Assembly: GCA_036170655.1 (NCBI GenBank)
Contig: JAVHPP010000131.1
Span: 4,888-32,485, forward strand
Origin: Candidatus Zixiibacteriota bacterium
Lineage (GTDB): Bacteria; Zixibacteria; MSB-5A5; WJJR01
DNA length: 27,598 bases
Direction: 5' to 3'
The position numbers and the translations under genes were made by a program. The notes beneath the pieces are model-generated. The model had not been told where the DNA came from. It saw only the letters and a list, made by a program, of their open reading frames with translations, and made no database searches. Numbering within the stretch: position 1 is the first letter of the stretch; every line of letters starts with the position of its first letter. Positions 17,175 to 25,662 of the stretch are shown here, one piece after another.

Positions 17175-17254
17175 GTAGGGGCACGGCTTGCCGTGCCCGT
17201 TTGTTCTGACGAGAGGGACGGAATCGCCACGGCCGCGACAATCCGCGCCCCTAC
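17175..17254. repeat. Family D REP (GTAGGGGCACGGCTTGCCGTGCCCG, 17175-17199) with a degenerate inverted partner (17231-17254)
   Basis: GTAG foot with 9-bp stem; the partner ends in CGCGCCCCTAC. Confidence 0.8.
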
Positions 17255-17287
17255 GACTATGCCCTGTGCATATTGGAGATAATATTC

Positions 17288-18388
17288 TCAATGCCGCTCC
17301 TGCGGCTCCATGGCCAGTTCGCAGATTCGCCTGAGCAATTCGGGAAACTCTATCCCGGCGGCGCGGGCGGCTTTGGGCACCAGCGACAGGTTGGTCATAC
17401 CCGGCAGAGTGTTCACTTCCAGACACGAGAAACGACCGTCGGGTGACAGACGAAAGTCGACTCGCGCATACCCACGGCAGCCCAGGGCACGGAAGGCATC
17501 CAGCCCCAATTCCTGCGCCAAGGCCGTCTGCATGGCGCTCAGATCCGCCGGACAGATGTACTGCGTGCGTCCCGATGTATATTTGCACTCATAGTCGTAG
17601 ATCTCATGAGTCGGGATGACTTCCACAACCGGCAACGCCTGATCCCCGAGAATGCCGACGGTCAGTTCACGCCCCGCGATGAATTCCTCAATCAGCGCTC
17701 TCTCGTCCCAGCGAAAGGCCAAATCCAGCGCCGGCGCCAACTGCGTTTCCTCGCGGACGAGCGACAACCCCACAGTCGAACCTTGCGCGTTGGGTTTGAC
17801 GATCACCGGCAGGCCGAGTGTATCGCGTACGACCTTGAACGGGGGATGTTCTGACAGAGAGGCAATCATCCAACGCGGGGTTGGTATCTTCTCGGCCAGG
17901 AAAATGCGCTTGGCGGCGTGCTTGTCCATCGCCAGCGCCGAGGCGAGCATACCGGAGCCGGTGTAACGGACGCCACAGACATCCAGCAGGGCTTGCAGTC
18001 GCCCATTCTCGCCGTCCCCTCCGTGCAAGGCAATGAACACGAGATCGACCGATTGCAGATCGGCCCTCGTCAAGTCCGCGGGCGTCAGCGCCGCGCCCGA
18101 CGACACCCCGTCTGTGGCAAGGCTTGCGGGATCGGGAGGGGTCGTGTCAACAGGTGACGACGCGCCGCCCGGAGCCCACGGAATCGCACAATGTCCTGCA
18201 GCCGGGTCGTAATTCAAGACCTGAAAACCCGCCTCGAACAAGCCGCGGCTGACCGCGGCGCCTGTCGCCAAAGACACGTCACGTTCGGCGGAGCGGCCGC
18301 CCGCCAGAACCAGCGCTTTCAGTCCTACAGTACTCCCGGCATTTTCGGTCTTCTTTCGCTTGGATGAACTGTGTGAAGCAGTCGTCAT
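17288..18388 (-). CDS. ddl: D-alanine--D-alanine ligase
   Basis: GGRSAERDVSL, LHGGDGENG, MDK, VKPNAQGS, YDYECKY, EVNTLPGMT. ATG 18388 with GGAG RBS. Confidence 0.96.
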   Translation of the reverse strand: MTTASHSSSKRKKTENAGSTVGLKALVLAGGRSAERDVSLATGAAVSRGLFEAGFQVLNYDPAAGHCAIPWAPGGASSPVDTTPPDPASLATDGVSSGAALTPADLTRADLQSVDLVFIALHGGDGENGRLQALLDVCGVRYTGSGMLASALAMDKHAAKRIFLAEKIPTPRWMIASLSEHPPFKVVRDTLGLPVIVKPNAQGSTVGLSLVREETQLAPALDLAFRWDERALIEEFIAGRELTVGILGDQALPVVEVIPTHEIYDYECKYTSGRTQYICPADLSAMQTALAQELGLDAFRALGCRGYARVDFRLSPDGRFSCLEVNTLPGMTNLSLVPKAARAAGIEFPELLRRICELAMEPQERH

Positions 18389-18498
18389 GTTCTTCTCCGG
18401 TGAATGTGCGTGCAAGATATACTGTTTTGAGGATCTCTTAACATAATAGCCAACATCCAGCGATCAACCTGAGCAATTCAGCGGAACGCTGATTCCTT

Positions 18499-18571
18499 GG
18501 GAGGACGAGACTCCTGCCGAGCTTCTTTTTGCGCCAGACGCAAAGAGGCTCGGCAGGAGCCTCGCCCTCCC
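18499..18571. repeat. GGAG-foot REPIN-like long hairpin, family E (GGGAGGGCGAGGCTCCTGCCGAGC)
   Basis: Inverted 24-mers at 18499-18522 and 18548-18571 (22/24), plus internal TTTGCG/CGCAAA pairing. Confidence 0.8.
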
Positions 18572-18666
18572 GTTTCTGCCTCGATCGCCTGTTCCAGATC
18601 ATCAGTACATCCGGTCATTTCGTCAGAGATTCTCATGTTCTCATTGCCCGGTCACAACCCAGACCT

Positions 18667-19278
18667 TCATCGCCGCCGCCACAGGAGCCGCCCCACCCAG
18701 ACCAATATGATTAAAATGGCCACACCCCAAAAGGCCAGATTGTACGTGCCGAAGATGCGGGAGACGCGGTCCCAATGTTCACCCAGAATCAACGCGGCCA
18801 CGGCCAAAAGACCATTCCAGATCAGGATGGAGATGGCGCCATAGGTGATCGCTCGCGCGCGGGGAAATGATCCGACCCCGGCCACCAGCGGGACCGCCGA
18901 TCGCACACCGGACAGGAAACGTCCAAAGACAATCACCCAACCACCCCAGCGCGCGAACCATCGTTCCAGTGTTGCCAGTGTTTGCGCCGACCACAAGCCG
19001 GACGGCCGGCGATTGAATAACTCCCGTCCCTTAAATTGCCCGAGCCAGTACAGAGAGGTGAAGCCGGCCAATCCTCCGAGGCATGTCGCCACCATGACCG
19101 CAGCAATTGATACGTCACTGGCGGCAACCGATACGATGCCGACAAAGTAGAACGCATCGCCGGGAAACGGAGGAAACCACATTTCGGTCAACGCCGAAGC
19201 AAAGAAGATCCCGAATGTCCACCACAGCGACTGGACGGCCCAGAAATGAATCCAGCCGTCAAAAATCTCGGCGGGCAT
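18667..19278 (-). CDS. dedA: DedA/VTT family membrane protein
   Basis: TEMWFPPFPGD, YWLG, WFARWG, FGRFLSGVRS; TGATG overlap with ispDF. Confidence 0.9.
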   Translation of the reverse strand: MPAEIFDGWIHFWAVQSLWWTFGIFFASALTEMWFPPFPGDAFYFVGIVSVAASDVSIAAVMVATCLGGLAGFTSLYWLGQFKGRELFNRRPSGLWSAQTLATLERWFARWGGWVIVFGRFLSGVRSAVPLVAGVGSFPRARAITYGAISILIWNGLLAVAALILGEHWDRVSRIFGTYNLAFWGVAILIILVWVGRLLWRRR

Positions 19279-20495
19279 CAAGACTGGCTCCCAAGGACTG
19301 TCCGTATCGTCACCACCGCTTGGGCCGCAATCCCCTCCCGTCGTCCGACAAACCCCATTCCTTCCGTTGTGGTCGCCTTGACGGATACCATTGCGACATC
19401 GATGCCGAGGTCAGCGGCAATGGTTTCTCGCATGTTGGTCACATGAGGCGTCAACTTCGGCGCCTCGGCCATGACGGTTGCATCCACCTGACTCGGGGCG
19501 AACCCCGACGCGCGCAGCAGATGAAGGGTCGCCCGCACAAATTCACGCGAATCGCACCCCCTGTACTGAGGGTCATCCGGTGGGAAGTGGTGTCCAATGT
19601 CACCGAGCGCGGCCGCGCCGAGAAGGGCATCACAGATGGCATGCAGGAGTACGTCGCCATCCGAGTTGCCGATCAGCCCCCCCGAGGCAGCCAGCATCAC
19701 GCCGCCAAGCATCAGCGGACCATCGCCGCCGAGACGATGGGCATCGTACCCGAACCCGATGCGCAAGGCCGGTTGCGATGGCGCCTCAGAGACAACACGT
19801 TCAGCCAGCGACCAATCCGCGCCATCCGTAATCTTGAAATTCGCGGATGTTGATCTCACAATCTGGAGTCGGCCTCCCACCCGCCGTACGAGTTCCGCGT
19901 CGTCGGTGGCGTCGATCCCCTCCTCCTTGGCGGCTTCATGAGCCTGGCGCAGCATATCCGCGCGAAAGACCTGTGGCGTCTGCGCCGCCCACAGATCGCT
20001 GCGGTCGACGGTCTCGAGGGAATTGTCCTGTGGACGTTTCAGGGTGTCGGAAACCGGGATGGCAAAGATGGCGCCATCGGAGCGCGACACGGCGTCAACG
20101 AGTTCATCCCATCGATCCAACGGCCAGAAGGGGCGCGCCGCGTCGTGGATGGCCACCAGCTCGGCCGTCGGCGGGACATGGCGGAGCGCCTGTCGTACCG
20201 ACTCGGTCCGTGTGGCCCCGCCCACCACGACGGTCAGCGGCACGGAGCACTGATGGATGTACCCATGGGCGACCGCCTGATAAGCCACGTCGACGGCGAC
20301 AATGATCGCGTCAACCCGATGTCGCTGACCGGCGCGGTCGAGGGCTTCGGGCATGAAGGATCGCCACGCGCGTTCAACCAGCGTCTGTCCCCCAAGGCGT
20401 CGCCAAGGTTTCGGCGTCTCCCCTCCGAGCCGTTCACCAGAGCCGGCGGCGGCGATGACGGCGACAATACGCGGCGTTGTTGTCCCTTCGCTCAC
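19278..20495 (-). CDS. ispDF: Bifunctional IspD/IspF (MEP pathway)
   Basis: IspD: AAAGSGERLG...PK, IHDAARP, AQTPQ, TDD, NFKIT. IspF: IGFGYDAH, SDGDVLLHAICDALLGA, GDIG, SVKATTTE. Start GTG 20495 or TTG 20507. Confidence 0.94.
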   Translation of the reverse strand: MSEGTTTPRIVAVIAAAGSGERLGGETPKPWRRLGGQTLVERAWRSFMPEALDRAGQRHRVDAIIVAVDVAYQAVAHGYIHQCSVPLTVVVGGATRTESVRQALRHVPPTAELVAIHDAARPFWPLDRWDELVDAVSRSDGAIFAIPVSDTLKRPQDNSLETVDRSDLWAAQTPQVFRADMLRQAHEAAKEEGIDATDDAELVRRVGGRLQIVRSTSANFKITDGADWSLAERVVSEAPSQPALRIGFGYDAHRLGGDGPLMLGGVMLAASGGLIGNSDGDVLLHAICDALLGAAALGDIGHHFPPDDPQYRGCDSREFVRATLHLLRASGFAPSQVDATVMAEAPKLTPHVTNMRETIAADLGIDVAMVSVKATTTEGMGFVGRREGIAAQAVVTIRTVLGSQS

Positions 20496-20514
20496 TCCAT
20501 CCCCCAAGGGTGGA

Positions 20515-21588
20515 TCAGATAATCAGCATCGCATCGCCATAGCTATAGAAGCGATATCCTGAATCAATGGCAATCCGGTAGGCGTGCATGACCGGTTCCA
20601 GGCCGGCAAACGCCGCAACCAGCGCCAAGAGCGATGATTGTGGCAAGTGGAAGTTTGTAATCAGGCCATCAATAAGTTGAAAGCGGTGTCCCGGGCAAAT
20701 CAGGAGATCTGTCCTGCCCTGCACGGTATGAAATGATTTTGTGCGGCCGGTACTCGTTTCCGGCATTAGTGCCGCCATGTCACGCGCGACTGTCTCCAGT
20801 GTGCGAGTGACCGTTGTCCCTACGGCGATGATCCGTCCCCGACCCGACCGGCGGCGCGCCGCAATGCGTCGCTGCGTCAAAGCGGGGAGGCGGTAGCGCT
20901 CGGCATCGAGGATATGATCCTCGACCTGTTCTGTGCGGACAGGACGGAATGTTCCCCCGCCGACGTGAAGCGTCAACGCCGCCATCGTGATGCCATGACG
21001 ACGCAGATCACCGGCCAGCACCCGATCAAAATGAAGTCCAGCCGTTGGGGCAGCCACGGCTCCGCGGTGTCGCGCGTAGACGGTCTGGTAATCGCGTTCG
21101 TCGGATCGCAGCGCCGGGCGGTCGATGTACGGCGGCAAGGGGATGGCCCCGAACTGTTGAAGCCACGTCTGGAAGTTTCCCCGGCCTTCGAAGACAACAA
21201 CCCGCGTGCCGTTTTCTTCCGCCGAGTCGATACGGGCCATGTATGCGGACTTCTCGCCGAACGTGACCGTCGCGCCGGGGCGAAGCCGTCGGCCAGGCCG
21301 GACCATTGCGCGCCACCGGTTTGCGCCGGTGCGCTCCAGAAGGAACACTTCTGCCTCTCCCCCGCCCGGCACACGCTGCCCGATCAGACGGGCAGGGATC
21401 ACCGCGGTGTCATTGATAACCAGCAGATCGTTCCGCTTCAGCAACAATGGCAGGTCTTGGAACAGATGATGTGAGACGTCACCCGTCTGGCGATCGAGAC
21501 GCATCAGTCGGCAACGGCGACGTACGCGCACGGGATGATCTGCGATGCGGCCGGGCGGAAGATGGTAGTCGAGAAGGGCGGTTCTCAT
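20515..21588 (-). CDS. queA: SAM:tRNA ribosyltransferase-isomerase
   Basis: DYHLP, NDTAVIPARL, PLPPYI, YQTVYA, AAPTAGLHF, TNFHLP, YRFYSYGDAM. Confidence 0.97.
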   Translation of the reverse strand: MRTALLDYHLPPGRIADHPVRVRRRCRLMRLDRQTGDVSHHLFQDLPLLLKRNDLLVINDTAVIPARLIGQRVPGGGEAEVFLLERTGANRWRAMVRPGRRLRPGATVTFGEKSAYMARIDSAEENGTRVVVFEGRGNFQTWLQQFGAIPLPPYIDRPALRSDERDYQTVYARHRGAVAAPTAGLHFDRVLAGDLRRHGITMAALTLHVGGGTFRPVRTEQVEDHILDAERYRLPALTQRRIAARRRSGRGRIIAVGTTVTRTLETVARDMAALMPETSTGRTKSFHTVQGRTDLLICPGHRFQLIDGLITNFHLPQSSLLALVAAFAGLEPVMHAYRIAIDSGYRFYSYGDAMLII

Positions 21589-21622
21589 TGGATTGCAACG
21601 TCGTGGCAGCATCACAGCCAGA

Positions 21623-21782
21623 GGGACGCACGCCGTGCGTCCCTACACATGCCTTATTGATACTTGCATGAAGAAGGAGACAAACCGGCAAGCGACACGG
21701 CCCGTGCAGGGGCACGGCTTGCCGTGCCCGCTGGAGCGGGGGCGGAAGCAACAGGGTCGGACACGGCAAGCCGTGCCCCTAC
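21623..21782. repeat. REP cluster: family A variant (21623-21646) and family D REPIN (21706-21730 / 21758-21782)
   Basis: GTAGGGACGCACGGCGTGCGTCCC (-); GCAGGGGCACGGCTTGCCGTGCCCG (+); inverted copy with one mismatch in the stem. Confidence 0.88.
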
Positions 21783-21830
21783 AGGTTCCACCCGGCTCCT
21801 GAGATCCACACTCATGTGTCACCCTTCATT

Positions 21831-22913
21831 CTACAAGAGACGTCCCGGATCAACCTGCTGGCTGCTAACACCAAGGTGTTTGAGGGCCTTCGGGGTGGCC
21901 GTCCGTCCGCGCGGTGTGCGATCCAGAAACCCCTCTTGGATCAAGAAAGGCTCGTAGATTTCTTCAATAGTCTCGGCTTCTTCGGCAACGGCGACGGCCA
22001 GCGTGTTGAGTCCAACCGGTCCCCCTCGGAACTTGTTGATGATGGTATCGAGGATCTTTAGGTCCATGTCGTCGAGTCCGGCATCGTCGACATTGAGCGC
22101 TTGAAGCGATTTTGCCGCCATGGCACGGTCGATTCTCTCGACGCCCTGCACCTGAGCGAAATCCCGCACGCGGCGCAACAGGCGATTGGCGATACGCGGT
22201 GTGCCGCGGGCACGGCGGGCGATCTCATGAGCGCCATCATCGGTGACGGCAATCTCCAGAATCGCCGCGGAACGCTGCACGATCGCGAGAAGATCGTCGG
22301 CGGTGTAATAGTCCAGCCGCCCCACGACGCCAAACCGTGAGCGCAAGGGCGATGTCAAAAGCCCTGCCCGCGTCGTCGCTCCCACCAGCGTGAAATGTTT
22401 CAACGGCAGTTTCACCGAACGCGCCGCCGGTCCCTTGTCGATCATGATGTCGAGGGTAAAATCCTCCATCGCGGGATAGAGATATTCTTCGACAACGGGA
22501 CTCAGCCGGTGAATCTCGTCGACAAAGAGCACGGAGCGCTCTTCACAGTTGGTCAGAAGACCGGCAAGGTCAGCGGCTCGTTCAAGAACTGGCCCGGATG
22601 TGGCCTTGATGGGAGTATCCAGTTCGTGGGCGAGAATGTGTGCCAGAGTCGTCTTGCCCAATCCGGGCGGACCATAGAGGAGAACGTGGTCCAACGCTTC
22701 GGAGCGCTGGCGAGCCGCGGTCACGAATACCTTGAGGTTCTCGATCAAGGCCCGCTGCCCAATGAACTCATCGAACCGGCGGGGACGCACAGTCCCCTCG
22801 ACAGCCAAATCTTCGGCCTGCGGCGAAGGTTGCGTGAGCCGCGCCCTTCCGACAAGGCGAATGGCAGACTCGCGCCCAATGGGGCCGTCAAACTTGGCGT
22901 GATCGGATGGCAT
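21831..22913 (-). CDS. ruvB: Holliday junction helicase RuvB
   Basis: [55 protein letters not shown] 22913 with GGAG RBS. Confidence 0.98.
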   Translation of the reverse strand: MPSDHAKFDGPIGRESAIRLVGRARLTQPSPQAEDLAVEGTVRPRRFDEFIGQRALIENLKVFVTAARQRSEALDHVLLYGPPGLGKTTLAHILAHELDTPIKATSGPVLERAADLAGLLTNCEERSVLFVDEIHRLSPVVEEYLYPAMEDFTLDIMIDKGPAARSVKLPLKHFTLVGATTRAGLLTSPLRSRFGVVGRLDYYTADDLLAIVQRSAAILEIAVTDDGAHEIARRARGTPRIANRLLRRVRDFAQVQGVERIDRAMAAKSLQALNVDDAGLDDMDLKILDTIINKFRGGPVGLNTLAVAVAEEAETIEEIYEPFLIQEGFLDRTPRGRTATPKALKHLGVSSQQVDPGRLL

Positions 22914-22925
22914 CCGTCTCCAATA

Positions 22926-22998
22926 AAGTATGAAGGTTGAAGGATGAAGTATGAAGTATGAAAGAACATTCAAAATTCAACATTCAACATTCATCCTT
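22926..22998. repeat. Two opposed arrays of degenerate heptamer tandem repeats
   Basis: AAGTATG AAGGTTG AAGGATG AAGTATG AAGTATG (22926-22960), then ACATTCA AAATTCA ACATTCA ACATTCA TCCTT (22966-22998). Confidence 0.85.
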
Positions 22999-23033
22999 TG
23001 TTGACTCTTACTTGGCCATCCGGCGTGCTATCT

Positions 23034-23648
23034 TCAAGTATTGCTTGAAGAGAGCGCCGCCCGGATGAGTTTCTCCGTTGTCGCCTCTGATGTCCCCAAC
23101 TGTTTGATCGCTTCGGTCACGGCCACCTGTGCTTCTCCCCGCGTGTAGCCCAAAGCGACCAAGGCCGACACGGTTTCATCACAGGCGTTGCGTCCAGACG
23201 GGCCCCCTTTTGAGGCGGATGGCAACCAGCCGTCACCGGTTCCCGCTTTCTCGATTTTGTCCTTCAATTCGAGGACGATTCGTTCTGCTGTTCTCTTGCC
23301 GACACCAGAGACCGAGGCGAGCAGGCCGGCATCCTGAAAGGCAATGGCCCGCCGAATCTGCGGGACCGTGAGGCCGGATAAGATGGCGAGGGCCAGCTTC
23401 GGCCCCACGCGGGTTACCACCAGCAGCAGGTCAAAAAGCGCCCGCTCCTCGCGTGTCGCGAAACCAAACAGGAGATGGGCATCTTCACGCACGATCAGCC
23501 GTGTCAGCACGCGACATGTCTGCCCCACTGTCGGCAGCCGGTCGAATGTAGACAAAGGAATGGCAACATCGTAACCGACGCCGGCACAGGAGACCACCAC
23601 GCGCGTCGGCTGACGTTCGACGAGAATCCCTTCGACGAATGTGATCAC
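23034..23648 (-). CDS. ruvA: Holliday junction binding protein RuvA
   Basis: GVGYDV, VREDAHLLFGF, VGPKLAL, GVGKRTAERIVLELKDK, ALVALGY; GTGA overlap with ruvC. Confidence 0.96.
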   Translation of the reverse strand: MITFVEGILVERQPTRVVVSCAGVGYDVAIPLSTFDRLPTVGQTCRVLTRLIVREDAHLLFGFATREERALFDLLLVVTRVGPKLALAILSGLTVPQIRRAIAFQDAGLLASVSGVGKRTAERIVLELKDKIEKAGTGDGWLPSASKGGPSGRNACDETVSALVALGYTRGEAQVAVTEAIKQLGTSEATTEKLIRAALSSSNT

Positions 23649-24145
23649 GGAGTCACCCCCGCAATCGCCATCGCGCAGCGACTGCGTTGCAGGTGGCACA
23701 GCGCAATGGCCGCGGCATCGGCGCAGTCGGCCGGACGCAAAGGCTCGGCCAGATTGAGGAGTCGCCGCACCATAAATCCCACCTGATCCTTGGATGCGTG
23801 CCCATGGCCCGTGACTGACTGCTTCACCTGCAGGGCGGTATAAGAGTGAGCACGACACCCGCCCTGCGCGGCGCCGACAATCGCCGCGCCGCGCGCCTGT
23901 CCCAAGGCAAAGGCCGCACGCGCATCCTTGGCCAGAAAAACATCCTCGATGGCCACCTCATCGGGACTGTGAACGCTGACAATCTGCCGGATTCCGTCAC
24001 AGATGGCAACCAGACGATCCGCCAGTTGCGCCGCCGGATCGGTCCGGATCGCGCCAAACGCCACCAGTGTGAGGGTCTCCCCTTCACCAGTGACCACCGC
24101 CCAGCCCGAGGCGCCCAGACCGGGATCAATCCCCATAACCGTCAT
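23645..24145 (-). CDS. ruvC: Holliday junction resolvase RuvC
   Basis: MGIDPG, AIEDVF, LGQARG, VKQSVTGHG.ASKDQV, DCADAAAIALCH. Confidence 0.96.
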   Translation of the reverse strand: MTVMGIDPGLGASGWAVVTGEGETLTLVAFGAIRTDPAAQLADRLVAICDGIRQIVSVHSPDEVAIEDVFLAKDARAAFALGQARGAAIVGAAQGGCRAHSYTALQVKQSVTGHGHASKDQVGFMVRRLLNLAEPLRPADCADAAAIALCHLQRSRCAMAIAGVTP

Positions 24146-24220
24146 AAAATGGCTCGCGTCCAGCGGGCAAACGGAACTGCCCAACTGCCCGGTCTTTGAA
24201 ACGTGATGACCATGCTCGGC

Positions 24221-24250
24221 TGTAGGGGCGCACGGCCGTGCGCCCCTACA
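24221..24250. repeat. Perfect 30-bp palindrome derived from family A REP
   Basis: TGTAGGGGCGCACGG|CCGTGCGCCCCTACA. Confidence 0.9.
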
Positions 24251-24433
24251 CCTTGGCACCTGGATTCGTGACCCACAGAATCACTCGCAAGGAGTTTTAC
24301 TTGGACAAACATTAACATAACTGTCTTTAGCATGGCGAGGTCTCCCCCGTCACATAACACGCCTTCCCCGACGACCAGCCACTGAACGGGGGCCACTCGG
24401 TATATATGTCCGAAAAGTCCGCAGGGGAATCAC

Positions 24434-24460
24434 AAAAAACCCCGTACGAAGTGCGGGGTT
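24434..24460 (-). terminator. Probable intrinsic terminator after yebC
   Basis: Minus strand AACCCCGCAC-TTC-GTACGGGG followed by TTTTTT (one C-A mismatch in the stem). Confidence 0.6.
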
Positions 24461-24490
24461 GGACAGCGACTGCCATCGTGCGGCGGCGCG

Positions 24491-25243
24491 TCACTCCCGA
24501 CTGATGCGTTCGAGAATCTCGTCGTCGATATCGAAATTGGCATAGACTTTCTGGACATCCTCATGGTCTTCCAGGGCGTCCATGAGCCGGAGCATCTGCT
24601 CGGCCGCCCTTTCGTCGAGTTTGATCGTTGTCTGCGGCACCATGGCCAGCTCCGCGTTGGTCACTGCGATCTTCCGTGATTCGAGCGCCGCTTTGACTTT
24701 CTCCATGTCGGTGGTCTCGGTCGTAACCGTCATCGTAGCGCCATCGTTGGTCACGTCCGTGGCGCCCGCCTCAAGTGCAACCTCCATGAGTGTGTCTTCG
24801 CTGGCTGTTGATGCATCGACTTCAATCTGGCCCAGCTTGTGGAACATCCAGCCAACACATCCCGTCTCGCCGAGGTTGCCGCCATTTTTGCTGAGCAGGT
24901 GACGGAGATCCGAGACGGTGCGATTGCGGTTGTCGGTCAATGTCTGCACGAGAATCGCGACCCCGGCAGGTCCGTACGCTTCGTACTGGACTTCATCGTA
25001 AGCCACGCCGGGCAGCTCGCCTGTACCCTTCTGGATGGCTTTCTTGATGTTGTCCGCCGGCATATTGGCGCCCTTGGCGGTGAGTATCGCGGTGCGCAGA
25101 CGCGGATTGGCTTCAGGATCGCCGCCGCCGGAACGGGCGGCAGTCGTGATTTCCTTGATCACTTTCGTGAAGAGGCGCCCACGGGCCGCGTCGGTCTTGC
25201 CCTTCGCTCGTTTGATGGTTGACCATTTGGAATGACCGGACAT
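24491..25243 (-). CDS. yebC: YebC/PmpR family protein
   Basis: MSGHSKWSTIK, NPRLR, NMPADNI, YEAYGPAG, TDNRNRT, DVQKVYANF; canonical position upstream of ruvCAB. Confidence 0.97.
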   Translation of the reverse strand: MSGHSKWSTIKRAKGKTDAARGRLFTKVIKEITTAARSGGGDPEANPRLRTAILTAKGANMPADNIKKAIQKGTGELPGVAYDEVQYEAYGPAGVAILVQTLTDNRNRTVSDLRHLLSKNGGNLGETGCVGWMFHKLGQIEVDASTASEDTLMEVALEAGATDVTNDGATMTVTTETTDMEKVKAALESRKIAVTNAELAMVPQTTIKLDERAAEQMLRLMDALEDHEDVQKVYANFDIDDEILERISRE

Positions 25244-25398
25244 TGTCTTCCTCGCTTCGCAAGCCAATAGGGAACTGTTCTGGCGGTGTCTTTCAAGATC
25301 GCCAGAAACGCAATATATGCTCTGTGCCGTGGCGGCGCAACGGGGTCTGTGGTCTTGCCAGCGAACTGAGCCCGGCTCTCGCTCATAGGGCGGGGGTT

Positions 25399-25478
25399 GT
25401 AGGGGCACGGCTTGCCGTGCCCGCTGTGGTGTGTGCGGCCGGTACAGGTTTTTCGGGCACGGCAAGCCGTGCCCCTAC
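25399..25478. repeat. Family D REPIN doublet
   Basis: Exact inverted 25-mers at 25399-25423 and 25454-25478 with a 30-nt spacer. Confidence 0.92.
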
Positions 25479-25622
25479 AGGCCCGCCACTTGCCGGTCTG
25501 TCTCACTCTTTATGCAAAGATCAATGAAGGGGCACGGCGCCAACCATCGGGACATTCGACACGCACAACAAAGACATGGCCGACGCGGGAATCAAAACGA
25601 GCCCTGAACGGGTGTGTCTTTT

Positions 25623-25659
25623 GATGGGGCATCGCTGCTTCCCCGTGCACCCATCCCAC
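25623..25659 (-). repeat. GTGG-foot REP-like hairpin, family F
   Basis: Minus strand GTGGGATGGGTGCA...TGCCCCATC, immediately after the beta-barrel stop codon. Confidence 0.5.
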
Positions 25660-25662
25660 CGA

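Noticed and set aside
963..22940. Long plus-strand ORFs antisense to dnaE, fusA, cysS, M42 peptidase, ispDF, queA and ruvB (e.g. 1596-2738, 6951-7958, 15337-16233)
   Set aside because: Shadow ORFs expected from high-GC codon bias; no recognisable motifs.
25244..25465. N-terminal extensions of yebC (also ruvC, ruvB, ruvA and the HAD gene) in the ORF track
   Set aside because: They translate REP or heptamer repeats ([26 protein letters not shown]) or overlap the neighbouring gene; conserved starts lie downstream.
5568..25478. Repeated 25-mers as CRISPR repeats
   Set aside because: They are dispersed singlets or inverted doublets, not direct arrays with regular spacers, and there are no cas genes.
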